Below, piece after piece: positions 59,590 through 64,000 of a DNA stretch of 64,000 nucleotides. The position numbers and the translations under genes were made by a program. The stretch comes from Minisyncoccota bacterium (GTDB taxonomy: Bacteria; Patescibacteriota; Minisyncoccia; Phycocordibacterales; XYD1-FULL-46-19): positions 6,602 to 70,601 of the forward strand of contig JBAZMZ010000003.1 of the NCBI GenBank assembly GCA_041649495.1. Reading direction: 5' to 3'. The notes below the pieces were generated by a model, which worked only from the letters and a program-made list of their open reading frames with translations, searched no databases and had not been told where the DNA came from. Every line of letters starts with the position of its first letter. The first letter of the stretch is position 1.

Positions 59590-61536
59590 ATGGCAAAAAT
59601 TTTAGGCATTGATTTAGGCACAACGAACTCGGCGATGGCCGTGGTTGAGGGCGGTTCACCCCGAATTGTCGAAAATGTGGAGGGGATGCGGACGACGCCC
59701 TCAATTGTCGCGGTCTCCAAAGCTGGTGAGCGATTAGTGGGTCAATTGGCCAAGCGCCAAGCGATTACCAACCCGAAAAATACCATCTCGGGCGTGAAGC
59801 GCTTGATGGGCCATAAATTTAACGACCCGAATATTCAAAAAGATAAGGGGCTCGTGTCGTTCGCAATGGAGCAATCGGCTGATGGTGGCGTACAAGTGAA
59901 GATGGGCGACAAATCATTAAGACCAGAAGAAGTTTCGTCCCAAATTTTACAAAAATTAAAGCATGACGCCGAGGCCAAGTTGGGTGAAAAAATTGACGAA
60001 GCGGTCATCACTGTGCCGGCCTACTTCGACGACTCACAACGCAAGGCGACAAAAGACGCGGGCGAAATTGCCGGCTTCAAGGTGCGACGCATCATCAACG
60101 AGCCAACGGCCGCCGCTCTCGCCTATGGTCTCGACAAAAAGAAAGATGAGAAAATTGTGGTGTACGACTTTGGTGGCGGAACTTTCGACGTTTCGGTGCT
60201 CGAAATTATCGGTGGCGAAGAAGAGCAAAGCATCTCCGTTAAATCCACCGACGGCGACTCGCATATGGGCGGTGAAGATATTGATCAAAAAATCATTAAG
60301 TGGATTGGCGACGAATTTAAAAAGCAAACCGGCCTTGATATTACCCACGACGAGCTTGCTCTCCAACGCTTGAAGGAGGCCGCCGAAAAAGCCAAACATG
60401 AACTCTCGACGATGAATCAAACCGAGATTAATATTCCGTTTATCAGCTCCGATGCCTCGGGCCCCGTCCATCTCAATATGAGTATGACTCGCGCCACACT
60501 CGAAGATTTGGCTCGTGAGTTTATTGACCGTTCAATCGAAATTACCAAACGCGCCATGACCGCTTCTGGTTTCGGCATGAACGAAATTAACGAGATTATT
60601 ATGGTGGGCGGTCAGACCCGCATGCCCGCTATCCATGACGCCGTGAAAAACCTGTTTGGCAAAGAACCTAATCACACCATTAACCCTGACGAGGTGGTGG
60701 CCATCGGGGCCGCGATTCAAGGTGGAATTTTCCAAGGTGATGTGAAGGATGTGCTCTTGCTCGATGTCACTCCGCTCTCGCTCGGCATTGAAACGATGGG
60801 TGGCGTCGCGACTAAAATTATTGAGCGCAATACGACTATCCCAACCTCCCGTTCGCAAATCTTCTCGACCGCGGCGGACAATCAAACCTCCGTCGAAATT
60901 CATATTGTTCAAGGCGAACGCGAGCTCGTGGCTGATAACAAAACGCTTGGACGCTTTATCCTCGATGGCATCCCGCCCTCACCGCGAGGCTTACCGCAAG
61001 TGGAAGTGACTTTTGACCTTGACGCCAACGGCATTCTCTCGGTCAAGGCCAAAGACAAGGCGACCAACAAAGAGCAATCAATTCGCATTGAGGCCAAAAC
61101 CAGCTTGAGCAAAGAGGACATCGAGAAGATGAAAAAAGATGCCGAACTTCACGCCGAAGAGGATAAAAAGAAACGCGAAGTAATTGACACCCGCAACATG
61201 GCCGACCAATTGATTTACACGGCCGAAAAAAGTTTGAAAGACGCCGACGGTGTACCCGAAGGCGAAAAGAAAATTCCTGAAGAGATTAAAAGGGGAGTGG
61301 AAGATAAAATTACCGCTTTGAAAGGTGTCAAAGATGGTGAGGATATCGAAGCGATCAAAACTGCCACCTCCGCCCTCTCGACCGAAATGTCAAAAATTGG
61401 TGAAGCGATGATGAAAAATGCTAACCCCGCCGATGGCGCTAATCCCAATCCCGCCTCCGCTGACGCTCCGGCGGGCGACAACCCCTCCGACACCTCCACC
61501 GGCGAAGGCAACGTCCGCGACGCGGAAACAAAGTAG
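59590..61536 (+). CDS. dnaK: Chaperone DnaK
   Basis: [30 protein letters not shown]. Confidence 0.98.
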   Translation: MAKILGIDLGTTNSAMAVVEGGSPRIVENVEGMRTTPSIVAVSKAGERLVGQLAKRQAITNPKNTISGVKRLMGHKFNDPNIQKDKGLVSFAMEQSADGGVQVKMGDKSLRPEEVSSQILQKLKHDAEAKLGEKIDEAVITVPAYFDDSQRKATKDAGEIAGFKVRRIINEPTAAALAYGLDKKKDEKIVVYDFGGGTFDVSVLEIIGGEEEQSISVKSTDGDSHMGGEDIDQKIIKWIGDEFKKQTGLDITHDELALQRLKEAAEKAKHELSTMNQTEINIPFISSDASGPVHLNMSMTRATLEDLAREFIDRSIEITKRAMTASGFGMNEINEIIMVGGQTRMPAIHDAVKNLFGKEPNHTINPDEVVAIGAAIQGGIFQGDVKDVLLLDVTPLSLGIETMGGVATKIIERNTTIPTSRSQIFSTAADNQTSVEIHIVQGERELVADNKTLGRFILDGIPPSPRGLPQVEVTFDLDANGILSVKAKDKATNKEQSIRIEAKTSLSKEDIEKMKKDAELHAEEDKKKREVIDTRNMADQLIYTAEKSLKDADGVPEGEKKIPEEIKRGVEDKITALKGVKDGEDIEAIKTATSALSTEMSKIGEAMMKNANPADGANPNPASADAPAGDNPSDTSTGEGNVRDAETK

Positions 61537-61568
61537 CTTTTAGGTTTTAGCTGGTAGCTTGTAGGTTT

Positions 61569-61604
61569 AGAAGTCGTATCTCGCGTAGCCAGATCCGACT
61601 TCGA
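61569..61604. repeat. Family A doublet, intergenic after dnaK
   Basis: AGAAGTCGTATCTCGCGTAGCCAGATCCGACTTCGA. Confidence 0.9.
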
Positions 61605-61698
61605 AACCGGCTCATTAAAAAAATTGAATAGGAAAACCCGCCGGCGATGAACGTCAACGGATAATCCGTTTTCGTCTCGCGCGACGGGTTGTTATGAG

Positions 61699-62043
61699 TC
61701 ACACGTCCCAAACGTCCGTCTCCTCGCCCAAGTACTTGCCTTCGGCAACACGAGGACGGCCAAGGAAGAGGGTGAGGAAATCGGCCAAGAATTCGCGGTC
61801 GCTCGTCCTCATGTCCAACAAGAGCTTGGACTTGGCCGAACCGGCATCAGCGTGGCCACGAGTCAGCCTCCCAAACTCCCGCCCTTCCCAAACACGGAGT
61901 TCGAAAAGTGGCAAGTTGTGATCGCGATCAAAGTCGATCGCTTCACGGGGGAGAGTAACGGTTACCTCCCGAGATTCTTTTCGCAAAAGGTCAATGAAAC
62001 GACCAAGCGAACCACCATTATACTCCCGAATGCGACTATCCAT
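61699..62043 (-). CDS. Hypothetical orphan protein between dnaK and dnaJ
   Basis: ATG at 62043 with AAGGAG upstream; downstream hairpin 61635-61690. Confidence 0.55.
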   Translation of the reverse strand: MDSRIREYNGGSLGRFIDLLRKESREVTVTLPREAIDFDRDHNLPLFELRVWEGREFGRLTRGHADAGSAKSKLLLDMRTSDREFLADFLTLFLGRPRVAEGKYLGEETDVWDV

Positions 62044-62318
62044 GGAACATCTCCTTTTCAATGACCACCGGCCTAAGACGGGATCGTTACTATCTGCTTC
62101 TAGTATAGCATACCCATATTTTTTTGTCAACCCACATCTTGTCCCTCTCTAAAAACGTAGTATAATGGCAAAGAAAGCACGAAATCTTAAATCCGAAATT
62201 CTAAACAAATCCCAATACTTAAATTCCAAAAAATAAACGGGTTTGTTTGAGGTTTATGATTTAGATTTTGGAATTTGTTTCGAATTTAGTGCTTATAATT
62301 TAGAATTTTAGAAAATTT

Positions 62319-63467
62319 ATGTCCAAAGACTATTACAAAACCCTAGGCGTGGAGAAGAAAGCCTCGAAGGAGGAGGTCAAGAAGGCCTTTCATAAACTTG
62401 CTCACAAATATCACCCCGACAAGCAAGGCGGTGATGAGCAAAAGTTTAAGGAAATCAACGAGGCCTATCAAATTCTCTCAGATGATAATAAGCGCGCGCA
62501 ATATGATCAATTTGGGAGTGGTGCTTTTAATGGTGCAGGTCCGGGACCGGGTGCTGGTGGGTTTGGAGGACAGGGGGGCTGGGGTGGCTTTGATTTTAGT
62601 GGCTTTCAAAATGGTGGAGGTTTTTCCGCCCAAGGCGGACCAGCCTCGGGCTGGGAATTCGACTTAGGCGATATTTTCGGCGACTTTTTTGGTGGACAAG
62701 GCCGAGGGCAAACACAAGCCAGGCGCGGGCGCGACATCTCCGTTGACATTCAAATCAGTTTTAAAGAAGCCGTTTTTGGCACCGAGCGAAATATTTTGAT
62801 CACCAAGGTTAGCCAATGCGAGAGTTGTCATGGCAGTGGCGCCGAAGCCGGTTCGCAAATGAAGAAATGCCCTACTTGTGGTGGTAAGGGCAAAGTCAAC
62901 GAAACTCGTCGTTCAATTTTTGGCGTTTTCCAATCTTCTAGAATTTGCGATACCTGTCTTGGCCGAGGCGAAGTGCCCGAGAAAAAATGCCCAACCTGCA
63001 AGGGCGCTGGCGTTTTAAACAAACAAGAAAGTATTAAGGTCACAATCCCATCCGGTCTTGATAATGGCGAGATGATCCGTCTGACTGGTCAAGGTGAAGC
63101 CACCCCGGGTGGCCAAAACGGCGATTTGTATGTAAAAATCCATGTTGAGAAAGATATCAATTTCAAACGCGTCGGCAACGACCTCACGACCGAGCTGAAA
63201 GTCAAATTGACTGATGCCATTTTAGGAGGCGAAAAACAGCTCGAGACCCTCGATGGCCCCCTGACCCTCAAAATACCGTCTGGCCTCGCCTACGGCGAAA
63301 TTTTGCGCGTCAAGGGCAAAGGGGTGCCTATCGGTTCGACTTCGCTCACCACAAGCCACCATGGCCGTCGGGGAGACCTTCTCGTTCGCGTCACTTTCCC
63401 CACTCCTGCCAAACTCTCCCGTTCCGCCAAAAAGGCGATCGAAGACTTACGCGAAGAGGGGATATAA
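62319..63467 (+). CDS. dnaJ: Chaperone DnaJ with two palindromic insertions
   Basis: HPD motif, G/F region, four CxxCxGxG repeats. Confidence 0.97.
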   Translation: MSKDYYKTLGVEKKASKEEVKKAFHKLAHKYHPDKQGGDEQKFKEINEAYQILSDDNKRAQYDQFGSGAFNGAGPGPGAGGFGGQGGWGGFDFSGFQNGGGFSAQGGPASGWEFDLGDIFGDFFGGQGRGQTQARRGRDISVDIQISFKEAVFGTERNILITKVSQCESCHGSGAEAGSQMKKCPTCGGKGKVNETRRSIFGVFQSSRICDTCLGRGEVPEKKCPTCKGAGVLNKQESIKVTIPSGLDNGEMIRLTGQGEATPGGQNGDLYVKIHVEKDINFKRVGNDLTTELKVKLTDAILGGEKQLETLDGPLTLKIPSGLAYGEILRVKGKGVPIGSTSLTTSHHGRRGDLLVRVTFPTPAKLSRSAKKAIEDLREEGI

Positions 63468-63544
63468 TCGCTAAAAACCCTTATTGTGCGATATCCAATC
63501 TCGCACAGTATGGTAAAAAGGGGATAAGTTAAAAATATTATCAA

Positions 63545-64000
63545 ATGGAAACTTGGATTAAAGTGCGGAACAAAATTATCTCGTGGAAATATCGGTGGAT
63601 TTTGAAACCGATTTTGTTTAAGTTTGATCCGGAAAATGTGCATAATTGGTTTATCGAGATTGGCAAATTTTTGGGGAAATTTAGAGCGACTAATTGGCTA
63701 ACGAAAATTTGCTTTGACTATGAGAATCCAACTCTTGAGCAAGAAATTTTAGGCATCAAATTTAAAAATCCAATTGGGCTCGCGGCCGGCTTCGACAAAA
63801 ACGCCGAGATGATTGATATTATGCCAGCGGTCGGGTTTGGGTTTACCGAAGTGGGATCCGTGACTGGGCGAGCGTGTGAGGGGAACGCGCGACCGCGACT
63901 TTGGCGTCTGCCAAAGTCGCGGGGTTTAATTGTTTATTATGGGCTGAAGAATAATGGGGCGGAGGAAGTCGTACTTCACGTAGCCAAGTCCGACTTCCGA
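63545..64000 (+). CDS. pyrD: Dihydroorotate dehydrogenase, quinone type (partial, runs off window end)
   Basis: DPENVH, FKNPIGLAAGFDKN, EVGSVT, GNARPRLWRL (manual translation). Confidence 0.92.
   Translation, partial: METWIKVRNKIISWKYRWILKPILFKFDPENVHNWFIEIGKFLGKFRATNWLTKICFDYENPTLEQEILGIKFKNPIGLAAGFDKNAEMIDIMPAVGFGFTEVGSVTGRACEGNARPRLWRLPKSRGLIVYYGLKNNGAEEVVLHVAKSDFR
63965..63997. repeat. Family A doublet in pyrD
   Basis: GAAGTCGTACTTCACGTAGCCAAGTCCGACTTC. Confidence 0.85.

Noticed and set aside
58860-59590. CIRCE/HrcA regulation of grpE-dnaK
   Set aside because: No TTAGCACTC-N9-GAGTGCTAA was seen and no hrcA gene is in the window.
458-63997. Dispersed 36-bp repeats as a CRISPR array
   Set aside because: They are scattered and intragenic, have no regular repeat-spacer period, and no cas genes are present.

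Overview
Bacterial chromosome segment, genetic code 11. It is most consistent with a Patescibacteria (CPR, Parcubacteria-like) genome; this is inferred from the short AlaRS and UvrC, the AT-rich leaders lacking Shine-Dalgarno motifs, and the gene content. It is mostly housekeeping genes: prmC, ppsA, tgt, uvrB/A/C, ddl, ychF, leuS, mltG, mnmA, alaS, the infA-rpmJ-rpsM-rpsK-rpsD-rpoA-rplQ-rplM-rpsI cluster, grpE-dnaK-dnaJ and pyrD, plus two tRNA-Ala genes. The main observation is a REP-associated HUH tyrosine transposase (RAYT-like, 58066-58743) flanked by GAAGT-NNN-ACTTC palindromes. Members of the same palindrome family, and several other short palindromic families, sit in frame inside at least 13 housekeeping genes at about 30 sites counted by eye, adding 8-50 residue peptides without breaking a reading frame. 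Other notable items: an alpha/beta-hydrolase domain inserted in LeuRS; a variable slot bounded by duplicated alaS 3' and ftsA-like 5' ends; nuclease-like genes abutting both tRNA-Ala genes; candidate structured ncRNAs; and several decayed genes. All product calls come from motif recognition, not database searches.
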